Shown here piece after piece: positions 1 through 12,177 of a stretch of DNA of 64,000 bases. The notes beneath the pieces are model-generated. The model did no database searches, had not been told where the DNA came from, and worked only from the letters and a program-made list of their open reading frames with translations. Made by a program: the position numbers and the translations under genes. The stretch's first letter is position 1, and each line of letters starts with the position of its first letter. Source of the stretch: Anaeramoeba ignava BMAN (lineage: Eukaryota; Protista; Anaeramoebae); assembly GCA_028826165.1 (NCBI GenBank), contig JAPDFW010000076.1, forward strand, positions 62,001 to 126,000. Direction: 5' to 3'.

Positions 1-114
1 TTTCCACACAACAAAAATACTGATTACTTTGGAAATTCCTTATCTTCTTATTCAATATTCTCTCCAAATCAACATACTTTGTACCAAATTTCAAAACCAA
101 GAAGTTTCAAATAA
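1..114 (+). CDS. Possible 3' end of a gene entering from the left edge (FPHNKNTDYFGNSLSS...KPRSFK*)
   Basis: Frame +1 is open from base 1 to TAA at 112-114 with coding-like composition and is followed by a T-rich tract. No homology recognised. Confidence 0.3.
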   Translation, partial: FPHNKNTDYFGNSLSSYSIFSPNQHTLYQISKPRSFK

Positions 115-502
115 TTCACTTTTATTAAATATACCGCTTTCTTTACTTCTTCTTCTTCTTCTTTTTTTTTTGATCCACTTTTTTTCTGTTTTTGCTTTTT
201 TTTTTTTTGATTGATTTCCAGATTCATTCATAGTTTCGATTAGTAAGGATAAGTTTTTTGTTTTGTTTCAAACTTTATGATTTTTCATTTGAATAAAGCT
301 AATCAATTCAATTTTTAATTTTTTTTATTTTTTAGTAATTTTTAAAAAATAATTACTAATTATTTTTTTTTTATTTTTTTGATTTTTTATTGATCGATTT
401 TTTATTTATTATTTTTTTATCCATTTTTTGATTTTCATTTCTTTTCTTTTCTGTTTTTATTTTTTTTATTTCTTTTATTTCTTTTTATTTCTTTTTTTAT
501 TC

Positions 503-2638
503 ATGTCACAAGATAAAATTATTATTGTTTTAGTTGGAAGTGGATCAGGTTTGCTTTTTAAAAAAACTTTTTCTTTTTTAATTAAAATAGATAAAATAGA
601 TAAAATAGATAATTGATAAAACAATTTTATTAAAAATAAACTTATAAATAAATCCAGAAAATAATAAAAAATATTAAAAAAAAAAAAGCAAAAACAATTG
701 ATATAAACAAAAAATTTAAATTAAAAAAAATTAAAATAAAAATAAAATATAATTTAAAATTTCAAATTATGATCCTTATTACAAAAACCATTTATTAATT
801 TGATCTCTTTTAAATTTTAAATTAATAAATTAATAAATAAATTTAAAGTTGGTAAGTCTTGTACTGCTTTAAGATATATTCAATCTAAATTTGTTGAAGA
901 TTATGATCCAACTATCGGTAAATATAAAAAAATACACATATTTAAATAATAATATAAAATAACTAAAAATAGATATAAAATTAAATGTCTTTTTTTTTTT
1001 CCGTTTTTTATTATTAAGACAATTTTCATCCCTTTTATTTTTATTTAAAATTTTTAATTTTTAATTTTGTAAATTGAATTGTTCAATTTTTATTAATTTT
1101 TTCTTTTGAGATCGTTATTGATTTGCTTTGAGTTAAATTTGAATTGATATTTATTTTCTTTAAAACAAAACAAATTAAATTAAATTAAATAGATTTTTTT
1201 TTTATTTTAAATTCAATCCCCTATTTTTAAATAAAAAATTTAAATTTAAATTTTAATTTTAATTTTAATTTTAATTTAATTTTAATTTTAATTTTAGAGG
1301 AAAGTTATCGTAAAATGGTTATTGTAGATCAAATTGCCACAATGTTAGAGGTTATTGATACAGCTGGGCAAGAAGAATATCGATCAGTTCGTGATAAAGT
1401 AATTGAAAATTAAAATTCATTTAAAATCAAGATTAAAATCAAAATCAAATTCAAAATCAAAATTAAAATTCATTTAAAATCAAAATCAAAATCAAAATTC
1501 ATTTATAAAATCAAAATCAAAATTAAAATCAAAATCAAAATCAAAATCAAAATCAAAATCAAAATCAAAATCAAAATCAAAATTCATTTATAAAATCAAA
1601 ATTAAAATTCATTTACAAAATCAAAATTAAAATCAAAATCAAAATCAAAATTAAAACTAAAATCAAAATCAAAATTAAAATCAAAATCAAAATCAAAATC
1701 AAAATCAAAATCAAAATGAAAATTAAAATTAAAACTAAAATTCATTTATAAAATCAAAATTAAAATCAAAATCAAAATCAAAATTAAAATTCATTTACAA
1801 AATCAAAATTAAAATCAAAATCAAAATCAAAATTAAAACTAAAATCAAAATCAAAATCAAAAATCAAAATCAAAATCAAAATAAAAAATATAAAATCAAA
1901 ATCAAAAAAATTAAAATTAAAACTAAAATTCATTTATAAAATCAAAATTAAAATCAAAATTAAAATCAAAATCAAAATTAAAATCAAAATCAAAATCAAA
2001 ATCAAAATTAAAATCAAAATTCATTTATAAAATCAAAATAAAAATTAGAATTTAAAAATTGGAGATGGTTTTTTGGTTGTTTATAGTATAATTTCAACAG
2101 AAAGTTTTCTTCAAATATCATCTTTGCATCAAGCAATTTCACAGATTAAATCATCTAAAAATTTTCCAACAGTAACTACTGGTAATAAATTAGGTAAATA
2201 AATTTAAAAAATAAATCAAAACTTTTTTTTTTAAATTTTATTAAAAATTGATTTCTTAAATGAATAAAAAAAAAAAGATTTAGAAAAACAAAGAGAAGTT
2301 CCAAAAAAAGATGGAGAAAAAATTGCTGAAAAGTTTTCTTCTTCTTTTATTGAAATGTAATTCAAATTAACTGAAAAAAATTTAAATTAATTTAAAAAGA
2401 AAAAAATTAATCAAAATGAAAAATTTTATTCCACTTTTTTCTTTTTCTTTTTTTCTTTTTTCTTTTTAAAAATAATTTTAGATCTGCAAAAACTGGTCAA
2501 TTTGTTAATGATGCTTTTGAAGAATTAATTAGAAAAATTAGGAAATTCAAAGAAAGTGAATCTAATAATCATAATCGAATTAATACGAATACATCTCAAA
2601 AACAGAAGAAAAAAAGACTCAGATGTTCAATTTTATAA
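503..2638 (+). CDS. RAS: Ras-family small GTPase, 6 exons (503-548, 849-917, 1298-1398, 2049-2193, 2278-2356, 2482-2638)
   Basis: Manual splicing at GT-AG sites gives GSGSVGKS (P-loop), YDPTIEESY (effector loop), DTAGQEEY, GNKLD, EISAK, and a polybasic tail ending in the CaaX motif KKKRLRCSIL*. All intron phases are consistent. Confidence 0.95.
1405..2045 (+). repeat. (AAAATC/AAAATT)n hexamer satellite filling Ras intron 3
   Basis: Direct reading of the sequence; occasional AAATTCATTTAT variants. Confidence 0.9.
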
Positions 2639-3381
2639 TTTTATAATTTTATAATTTTCAGTTGCAAATTTTTTTTTTCTATTTTTTTTGTTTTTTGTTT
2701 TTTGTTTTTTGTTTTTTCATTAATTTTTCTTTTTGGAAATTAATGAGATATGTGAAGTATTGAAAAGGAAAAATTTTGTTTTTGTTGTTTTTTTTGATTG
2801 ATTGATTGATTATTTCAAAAACCAAATAAAAGATCAAAAAGGAAAAAAAATTTTAATTAAATTTAGATTTGATTAAAAAATTAAATAAAGATCAAATTAA
2901 ATTCCTTTTTTTTTCAATTTTAATTTTTAATTTAGATTTGATTTGATTTGATTAAATAATTAAATAAAGATCAAATTAAATTCCTTTTTTTTTCAATTTA
3001 AATTTAAATTTAGATTTGATTAAAAAATTAAATAAAGATTAAATCAATTTTAATTTGATTTGATTTGATTTGATTAAAAAATTAAATCAAATTAAAATTC
3101 CTTTTTTTTTCAATTTTAATTCTAAAAAGGGGACACAAATAAATAATTTGTCTTAAAATCTGTCTAATAATCTGTCTAATAATCTGTCTTATAATCTTAT
3201 TTATTTAATTTATTTAAAATTTAAAAAGTGAGAAGTACACGTCATTATTATTATTATTATTAAAAAAATAAAGAAAATTTTTTTCATTTTTTTTTTCATT
3301 TTTTTTTTCATTTTTATTTTATTTTTACTTATATTTTTCTTTTGTTTGTGTTTTTTTTTTTAAAAAGTTTTACAAATAAAA

Positions 3382-4920
3382 ATGAGTCGGATAGAAATTT
3401 TAACAGCTGATTCACGAGAAGAACAAGAAAATGGACAAAAAAACGCACAAAATAATATTTCAGAAGAATTACAAGAAAATAACATTATAATTCCAAGAAA
3501 CATAAAAAGAAAAAAACTATTTGATCCAATACAATTTAAAAGTGGCTTTTTAGATTCCTCTTCATTTGATTCTCAAATCCTTAAAAAAAGCAATTTTGAA
3601 ACCTCAAATTCAATTGAATTTTCAAAACAAATTCCTTATCAAAATTCAATTCAAAATTCAATTCAAAATTCAATTCAAAATTCAATTCAAAATTCAATTC
3701 AAAATTCAATTCAAAATTCAATTCAAAATTCAATTCAAAATTCATTAAAAATCCAAAATATAAAACAGAATTCAATTAAATTCTCAAATTCTTATCAAAA
3801 TCCATTTCAAGATGAATATTCATTTCAGGATTCATTCGAAATGCCTGATATTTATTCACTTCATGATTCATTAGATATTCGTAATAATTTGATATTTAGA
3901 AATGTATTTGACTCTTCAAATGGTCAATTCCCTGATCTAAATCAATATCAATATCCAAATCAATATCCAAATCCAAATCAAAATCAAAATCAAAATCAAA
4001 ATCAATATCAGAATCAATATCCAAGTCAATATCAGAATCAATATCCAAGTCAATATCAGAATCAATATCCAAATCAATATCCAAATCAATATAAAAATCA
4101 GATTGGAAATCAAAATCAAAATAATGAAAATCAAATTGAAATTAAAAATAAAAATAAAAATCAAATTAAAAATGAAAATCAAATTAAAAATAAAAATCAA
4201 ATTGAAAATAAAAATCAAATTGAAATTAAAAATCAAAATCAAAATCAAAATCAAAATCAAAATGAAATTAAAAATAAAAATGAAAATCAAATTAAAAATG
4301 AAAATCAAAATAAAAATCAAATTAAAAATGAAAATCAAATTAAAAATGAAAATCAAATTGAAATTAAAAATGAAAATCAAATTAAAAATGAAAATCAAAT
4401 TGAAAAAAGCAAAATTCCTTCTAAAGAAAAATCAAAAAAAAAAAGATCCAAATCTCCGAATGAATATGAAAATGAAGATGAAGATGAAGATGAAGATGAA
4501 GATGAATATGAAATTGAAGATGAAATTGAAAATGAAAATGAAAATAAAAAAGAAAAAAAATCTAAAAACAAAAATTCACAAAAAGTGAAAAAAAGAAAAA
4601 GAAATCCAAATAGTCTTGAATATAAATTAGGAAAACAATTAGATAAATTTGCAGGATTACATCCTGAGTGTTTTCAAGGATGGAATTCCAACACATTTGA
4701 AAATTATATTGAACATCGAATTATTCCAGAACAAGTTGGAATTCTTGATAAAGCTATTTATCTTATTGTTGGTTTATCTCCTTCAGAAAATTCAAAAAAA
4801 ACGGAAGGATGGAAAGTTCAAAGAAGAGGAATTGTTAGATTATTAGGAAGAATGGGTTTGAAAAAACTTGGCCCAACTAATCAAGGTGGAATTTTTCGTT
4901 TAAAAGGTCCAAAAAATTAA
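3382..4920 (+). CDS. Orphan, probably nuclear protein: NSIQ/NQ low-complexity region, acidic tract, basic NLS-like motif and a conserved C-terminal globular domain (paralogue of 14639-15892)
   Basis: 512-aa intronless ORF with TCATTTT motifs upstream. The last ~100 aa align with the C-terminus of the 14639-15892 product. Confidence 0.85.
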   Translation: MSRIEILTADSREEQENGQKNAQNNISEELQENNIIIPRNIKRKKLFDPIQFKSGFLDSSSFDSQILKKSNFETSNSIEFSKQIPYQNSIQNSIQNSIQNSIQNSIQNSIQNSIQNSIQNSLKIQNIKQNSIKFSNSYQNPFQDEYSFQDSFEMPDIYSLHDSLDIRNNLIFRNVFDSSNGQFPDLNQYQYPNQYPNPNQNQNQNQNQYQNQYPSQYQNQYPSQYQNQYPNQYPNQYKNQIGNQNQNNENQIEIKNKNKNQIKNENQIKNKNQIENKNQIEIKNQNQNQNQNQNEIKNKNENQIKNENQNKNQIKNENQIKNENQIEIKNENQIKNENQIEKSKIPSKEKSKKKRSKSPNEYENEDEDEDEDEDEYEIEDEIENENENKKEKKSKNKNSQKVKKRKRNPNSLEYKLGKQLDKFAGLHPECFQGWNSNTFENYIEHRIIPEQVGILDKAIYLIVGLSPSENSKKTEGWKVQRRGIVRLLGRMGLKKLGPTNQGGIFRLKGPKN

Positions 4921-5022
4921 ATTTATTCTTTTATTCTTTTTAAATTAAGTTTTTTTTTAAAAAAAAGTTTGTTCTTAAAAATCAATAAAACTTTTGAATT
5001 TTCTTATTAAATTTTAATTTTC

Positions 5023-8000
5023 TTATTGAATTTTGCAATCACTTGATTTTTTTGAAGGTTTTTGTTGTTTTTTTGGTTGTTGTGTTTGTAATGTATAATT
5101 TCCATATTGATTTTGATTTTGATTTTGATTTTGATTTTGATTTTGATATGGATTTTGATTTTGATTTTGATTTTGATATGGATTTTGATTTTGATTTGGA
5201 TTTGGATCAAATGCTAATTTCTTATCTAAAGCAAATTCAGGAATCCATCCAATTATTCCAACATGTTCCACTTTTGGAGAAGCAATCACTCGAATTAATA
5301 AATAATTTTGAGATTGGCGTTTAACAAAACCCCCTAATAATTCTAACTGTTCTCCTTCATTCAAATTAAGTAAATAACCATCTTCAACAAATTCTTTTGC
5401 ATTCGCATTAACATTTACTGAATTCCCAGAAATTGTGCAAATTTTTGCATTTATAATAACTGATTCAGGAAGCATTTGAGCAGGAATTCTTTGTGTGTCT
5501 TGAGGAGATAAACTTTGGAGCATATGATGAATATTCCTGAAATTAGTGTCTTGAATTGGGACAAAAACAACTTTTCCAATAGAATCTTTTCTTGTTGAAG
5601 AAACTACTTTGATCAAAACGGTTGAAGAATGATATTTCTTTTTGAACGAAAATCGCGAAAGTAATTCAAGTCGAGAACCAAAAGGAATGGAGATTGATCC
5701 ACTGTATAAATTACCTGGATCGTCGTCAAAAATCCAAATTGGAAGAGGAGTTATTGGATTGAAATTTAAAGCTAATCCAATGATTTTAGTCTCGTTCTGT
5801 TTGTTCATTTCTTCGTAAATTTTTTCCATATTTTTGGATAGTGTGAACGGATATTTGAGATCTTGTGATATTGACAAGAAATTTGTGTCTGAAATTGGAA
5901 CCCATCCAATTTTTCCTGCCGAATAGCGGGAATTAGTCTCGACAATCTGCACAAGAATAACCACTTGATGGTCTTTTAAAATACAAGGGAAAGGCAGAAG
6001 TTGTATTTTTGTTCCGTATTTTAATCCTTGAATATCCCCTTTAAAAGCTTCAAATAATCCACTGTAATAATTCCCTCTTTTGGATGTTATCATCCCCATT
6101 CTCCAAGTTTCCAAGTTCAAAATGGATTCCAATCGTTGAATCACTTTGTCTTGCGGGTATTTTTTTTTTTTTGGAATATCAAATAAATCAATTAAATTCT
6201 GAAAGTTTGTGATGCTCATGTCAATATATCCTGTTTTTCCAAGCAAATCCCTATTTTCTGACGCGATAATTTTCACATGAATAAAATATCTCCCGAAATT
6301 TTCGATGCATTTATGATCCACAATTTGCATAATTGAGGGAGAGTTGACAAAAATTTGTTTTTCGTATTTGATTTGAGCATTTATATACAAATTCTGCGAA
6401 ATTTCATGAAAATCTGAAATCCATCCGATATTTTGTTTCAATAATTCAAACTCATTGTATTTGCTGATGTTTTCGAAGCCATCCAAATATTTCAAATCCG
6501 GTTGAATCAAAAGATTTTCTGAACGGAACTTCAAATCGCAGTGATTGAGAACAATCCAACCAGTTTTTCCAATCATTTCTTTTGGTTCTGACTCGATTAT
6601 TCTCACGTATATAAACAAATTCCCTAGTTTTCGAGTTACTGTCCTTCTGTTGAGCAATTGTCCTATTGTGTTTTCTTTTAGCGGAATTGTTTTTGTGAGG
6701 TTGTCCTGCAAATCATCTGCATTTTCGCATAATCTGCAGTTTTGATAAGTCGAGAACAATATATTATCCTTTTCACAATCCAAAAAATGAGAATCACTTG
6801 AGTCACTAAAATCCAAATAAAAACGAGGAAAAGAGAAGCAATTATAAGAGTGTTTGAAGAATTTGAACGGGATAAGCTTGCTTAAAAAGGATGTTTTAAC
6901 CAGCTCAACCCAAGCCTCTTTTCCCAGGAGAAGATTAAAATCATTGAAGCCTAACCGACTTTGTTGCGCATTTGGATCGAATCCGAGTATTTTGACAAGA
7001 ATGTAAAATTTTGAGTTTTGAACATATATTGTATGACTCAATAACTGAAGCTCCGTGTTCGGAGGAATCGACCCAGTTTTGACTTTTGGATCAAAACGAT
7101 ATTTGTTGCCCCAGGTCGAGGTCTCGTATTTGGAGCAAACAAACCCAATGTTCAAATCACTTTCCTTTTTTTCGTTATTATTTTCCAAATCAAATCGAAT
7201 GATTGATTGATTTTCTTGATTTAAATAGAAAAGATCAAGTTCTTTTCTGGGGATGTCTTGCACAAATTTCTTTTGCTCCAAAGTCTTCTCTTCATCATAA
7301 TAATGTGTTTTCTCTTCCTGGACAACTAATTCCTCGGTTTCTTTGACGAAAGTTGTGCTATTCAAAGGAATCCAGACAATTTTATCAATATTGATTTTTT
7401 GATTTTTATCTTGTGTTGATAAAATCTTAACCAAAACATAAACTTGGCCATTCTTTTGGAATAACTCCTTCTGAACCAATAGTAACTGATCGCCCTCTTT
7501 CAAACTGAAATTGAGATTAAATTCAATATTGAATTTGAACGGAGCTCCATAAACTGGCGTGTATTTTCTTGTGCAAAATCCTGTTTTGGGGATGAATTCC
7601 TTTTTTTCCAAATTATCCAAATCAAAATCGTTTGTGTTCGATGTGAAATTAAGATATTTGGGGAATCTCGCGGGATCTTGAAGCTCTTTATAAATATTGA
7701 TTTGTTGGATTTGATCGAAGTTTTGCAATTTTTGGAGATGAAAAAATTCCAGTTCTTTAAAACTATCAACCAAACTCATAAACGTTGTTTGATGAAGAGG
7801 AACCCAAACAACCGAGCCTTCATCTACATGCCCTTCCTTGTTTGTTGTTAGTAATCTCACGTTGATATACACTTTGTGATACAAAATGAGTTTCGTTTGG
7901 ATTAGTTCAATTTCAAGTTGATTTCCTTTATAAAAAGAGTAGTGAATATTTGGATTGAAATTTCTGCCAAATCCATAAAAATTTGAGCGAGAAGAGTCAA

Positions 8001-8418
8001 AAAAACCGATGAATTTTTTCTTCGTAAATTCTTCATTTGTGAACTTTTTTGGATCATAAATATTTTTGTTCTGGCTGATCTTTGATTCTTTAAAATCAAC
8101 TGCTGTATTTGAAATCCATCCAATTTTTAAATATAATTCACCTTTTTCCAAAATTTGAATCAAAATGAATTTTTTGTTTTCAGAACATTGATACAAAAAT
8201 TGGATTTTGGATGACTTTTTAATAACAGTAGTAACAAAGGAACTGTAATTTGGAAAGTTGTAATATAAAGTTGTGTCATAAATAGTTGTTCCTTTATATC
8301 CGTTTGGAATAAGTTGATCTTCAATAAGAATTTTTTCCTATTTAAAAAAAAATTTTATTTTCCAAAAATCTTCTTTTTAAAAAAAAAAAAGTTCAAATAT
8401 TTTCGACTTATTTACCAT
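5023..8418 (-). CDS. ~1105-aa protein with nine tandem SH3/SH3b-like beta-barrel repeats and a C-terminal CaaX (CKIQ); exons 8418-8416 (ATG only) and 8337-5023
   Basis: ATG|GTAAAT donor at 8415 and TAG acceptor at 8338 are in frame with the long ORF. A motif of the form G..LELL...(Y/F)ILVKI......GKxGW(V/I)P...TxF recurs. The SH3-like fold is inferred. Confidence 0.8.
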
Positions 8419-8512
8419 TTTTATAAGAAAAGAAATGAAATAAATGAAATAAATGAAAAAATGAAAAAATGAAATTTTTTTTCATTAATTTTTTTATTTA
8501 AAAAAATTCTAT

Positions 8513-9050
8513 TTATTTTTTTTCTTTCTCATTTTCTTGTGATTGGATTAAAGAATCGACATCATTTTGTTTGTCATTCAATGTGTTCAATTGCCTATTC
8601 CATTTATAATAGCGCCAGTAGTAATATTGCTGTTTGTGAATATAATCTGTGACTTCTGGATTATCTAAACTTTCTCGAAATTCTTCATTTTGAAGTAAAT
8701 CAAGAATATATAAACAATGTGGATAACTATCATCAAAATGATTAAAAAAAATTCAAATGAGATCATTAATTTTTGTACTTGAATTTTTGTGAGTTTTTTA
8801 CATAACGTATTTTGCGTATTCTGGTTCTTTCCAATACAAAAGATATGCGAGATAGTTGATAAATTCTTTCTGTTTAAAATATCTTGATTTTGCGAGATCT
8901 AGATCATATTTATTTATATATCATATTTAATTATATTTAATTTTGATATTTTTTTTTAAAAATACAATTAAGATAAGTTGGATTTCCAAGGCATTGAACA
9001 AATTCTAATTCGGCTGTAAATCTTCTTTCGTTTTCTTCGCTTTTATTCAT
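8513..9050 (-). CDS. MED31: Mediator subunit 31 (Soh1), exons 9050-8966, 8898-8802, 8726-8513
   Basis: The spliced product contains [60 protein letters not shown] and QQYYYW, the canonical SOH1 family signature. Confidence 0.95.
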
Positions 9051-9107
9051 TATAAATTTATAGAAAATAAAAAAAATGAAAAATAAAAAATGAAAAATGA
9101 AAAAATT

Positions 9108-11443
9108 TTAAATCAATTTTAAATCAATTTTAAATCAATTTTATATTAATTTTATATCAATTTTAAATCAATTTTAAATCAATTTTAAATCAATTTTAAA
9201 TCAATTTTATATCAATTTTATATCAATTTTATAATCAATTTTAAATCAATTTTAAATCAATTTTAAATCAATTTTAAATCAATTTTAAATCAATTTTAAA
9301 TCAATTTTAAATCAATTTTAAATCAATTTTAAATCAATTTTAAATCAATTTTAAATTAATTTTAAATCAATTTTAAATCAATTTTAAATTAATTTTATAT
9401 CAATTTTAAATCAATTTTAAATCAATTTTATATCAATTTTATATCAATTTTATATTAATTTTATATCAATTTTATATCAATTTTAAATCAATTTTAAATC
9501 AATTTTATATCAATTTTAAATCAATTTTAAATCAATTTTATATCAATTTTATATCAATTTTAAATCAATTTTATATCAATTTTAAATCAATTTTAAATCA
9601 ATTTTATATCAATTTTAAATCAATTTTTAAATCAATTTTAAATCAATTTTAAGTCAATTTTTAAATCAATTTTAAATCAATTTTAAATCAATTTTAAATT
9701 AATTTTAAATTAATTTTATATCAATTTTATATCAATTTTAAATCAATTTTAAAATCAATTTTATATCAATTTTAAATTAATTTTAAATCAATTTTATATC
9801 AATTTTAAATCAATTTTATATCAATTTTAAATTAATTTTATATCAATTTTATATCAATTTTATATCAATTTTATATCAATTTTATATCAATTTTAAATCA
9901 ATTTTTAAATCAATTTTATATCAATTTTTAAATCAATTTTAAATCAATTTTAAATCAATTTTAAATCAATTTTAAATCAATTTTAAATCAATTTTAAATC
10001 AATTTTATATCAATTTTAAATCAATTTTAAATCAATTTTAAATCAATTTTAAATCAATTTTAAATCAATTTTAAATCAATTTTATATCAATTTTAAATCA
10101 ATTTTATATCAATTTTACATATCAATTTTAAATCAATTTTAAATCAATTTTATATCAATTTTAAATCAATTTTAAATCAATTTTAAATCAATTTTAAATC
10201 AATTTTATATCAATTTTATATCAATTTTATATCAATTTTATATCAATTTTAAATCAATTTTAAATCAATTTTAAATCAATTTTAAATCAATTTTTAAATC
10301 AATTTTAAATCAATTTTAAATCAATTTTAAATCAATTTTAAATCAATTTTAAATCAATTTTAAATCAATTTTAAATCAATTTTAAATCAATTTTAAATCA
10401 ATTTTAAATCAATTTTAAATCAATTTTAAATTAATTTTAAATTAATTTTATATCAATTTTAAATCAATTTTAAATCAATTTTAAATCAATTTTATATCAA
10501 TTTTATATCAATTTTAAATCAATTTTATATCAATTTTAAATCAATTTTAAATCAATTTTATATCAATTTTTAATCATTTTTATCAATTTTAAATCAATTT
10601 TAAATCAATTTTATATCAATTTTATATCAATTTTATATCAATTTTATATCAATTTTATATCAATTTTAAATCAATTTTAAATTAATTTTAAATCAATTTT
10701 AAATTAATTTTAAATCAATTTTAAATTAATTTTAAATCAATTTTATATCAATTTTAAATTAATTTTAAATCAATTTTATATCAATTTTATATCAATTTTA
10801 TATCAATTTTAAATCAATTTTAAATCAATTTTATATCAATTTTATATCAATTTTATATCAATTTTATATCAATTTTATATCAATTTTAAATCAATTTTAT
10901 ATCAATTTTATATCAATTTTAAATCAATTTTAAATCAATTTTATATCAATTTTATATTAATTTTAAATCAATTTTAAATCAATTTTAAATCAATTTTAAA
11001 TCAATTTTAAATCAATTTTATATCAATTTTAAATCAATTTTTATATCAATTTTTAAATTAATTTTAAATCAATTTTAAATCAATTTTAAATCAATTTTAA
11101 ATCAATTTTAAATTAATTTTATAATTAATTTTATATCAATTTTATATCAATTTTATATCAATTTTAAATTAATTTTAAATCAATTTTAAATCAATTTTAA
11201 ATCAATTTTAAATTAATTTTAAATCAATTTTATATTAATTTTATATCAATTTTATATCAATTTTATATCAATTTTAAATCAATTTTAAATTAATTTTAAA
11301 TTGATTTTAAATCAATTTTAAATCAATTTTATATCAATTTTAAATCAATTTTAAATTAATTTTAAATTAATTTTAAATCAATTTTAAATCAATTTTAAAT
11401 CAATTTTATATCAATTTTATATCAATTTTAAATCAATTTTAAA
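9108..11443. repeat. 11-bp tandem satellite ATCAATTTTA(A/T), about 210 copies
   Basis: Direct reading of the sequence; two main variants. Confidence 0.95.
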
Positions 11444-11529
11444 AGAAATATTGAATAATTTTTTTTTAAATATTTTAATTTTTGATTTAAATATTTCAAA
11501 AAAAAAGGATCAAAAAAAAAGCAAGAAAC

Positions 11530-12084
11530 TCAAAAGTTTTTGCAAAGGGAGAAACAATGTAGAAGAGAGAAAGTCAAGAGGACGAAACCAATAACCAGGA
11601 AAGCAATAGAAAGGGAACTCTGTTTAAGAGATAAAGGAACATTAAGCAAGTCACTTTGGTAAGAAGTAGCGAGACCTTGGTCACCTGAAGTAGATATAGG
11701 GACACATATTGCATCAGGGTGTTGCGCAACGATTCCGTCCTGAGAACTCACACGGCACTGTTCGCACTTGTTGCTGATACAAGCGCCTGTCCATTCGCGA
11801 TCTGTAGAACAAACGCCACAAACTATTCCAGATTCATAACAATTTTCACTGTTGCAAAATTTTCCCCATTTATTGTCTGAATCGTAACGTCGACATTGGT
11901 GCTCCCCCGTGTCGCAGTACTTGTCGTGTTTGCAGTGCTCCGTTTTTGTGCACTCAACACATTCTCCGTTGTAACAGATTGGCTTGTCTTTGTTATTGCA
12001 ATCTTTTTGTAATCCACAACTTTTTGCTGTTATTGTTGTTATTGTTATTGCTAATAATATTATTATTCCTACTTTTTTCTTCAT
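11530..12084 (-). CDS. Cysteine-rich type I membrane/surface protein (signal peptide, disulfide-rich ectodomain, C-terminal TM helix)
   Basis: 184-aa ORF: hydrophobic N-terminus MKKKVGIIILLAITITT, repeated C-x4-5-C motifs, TM segment SIAFLVIGFVLLTFSLL. GC content is higher than in the flanks. Confidence 0.85.
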   Translation of the reverse strand: MKKKVGIIILLAITITTITAKSCGLQKDCNNKDKPICYNGECVECTKTEHCKHDKYCDTGEHQCRRYDSDNKWGKFCNSENCYESGIVCGVCSTDREWTGACISNKCEQCRVSSQDGIVAQHPDAICVPISTSGDQGLATSYQSDLLNVPLSLKQSSLSIAFLVIGFVLLTFSLLHCFSLCKNF

Positions 12085-12177
12085 CTTTTAGTTTTTTTTT
12101 TTGATTTTATTTTAAATTTGGATTTTGTTTTGTTATTTGTTTTTTAAAATATTGTTTAAGAAAAAATTGAAAAATTT

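Noticed and set aside
3566-4588. Alternative-frame ORFs (IKIK, ILIL, DFDF, SKSK), also at 26776-27631, 35790-36182 and 53187-53484
   Set aside because: They are other frames or strands of (AATCAA)n repeats within real genes.
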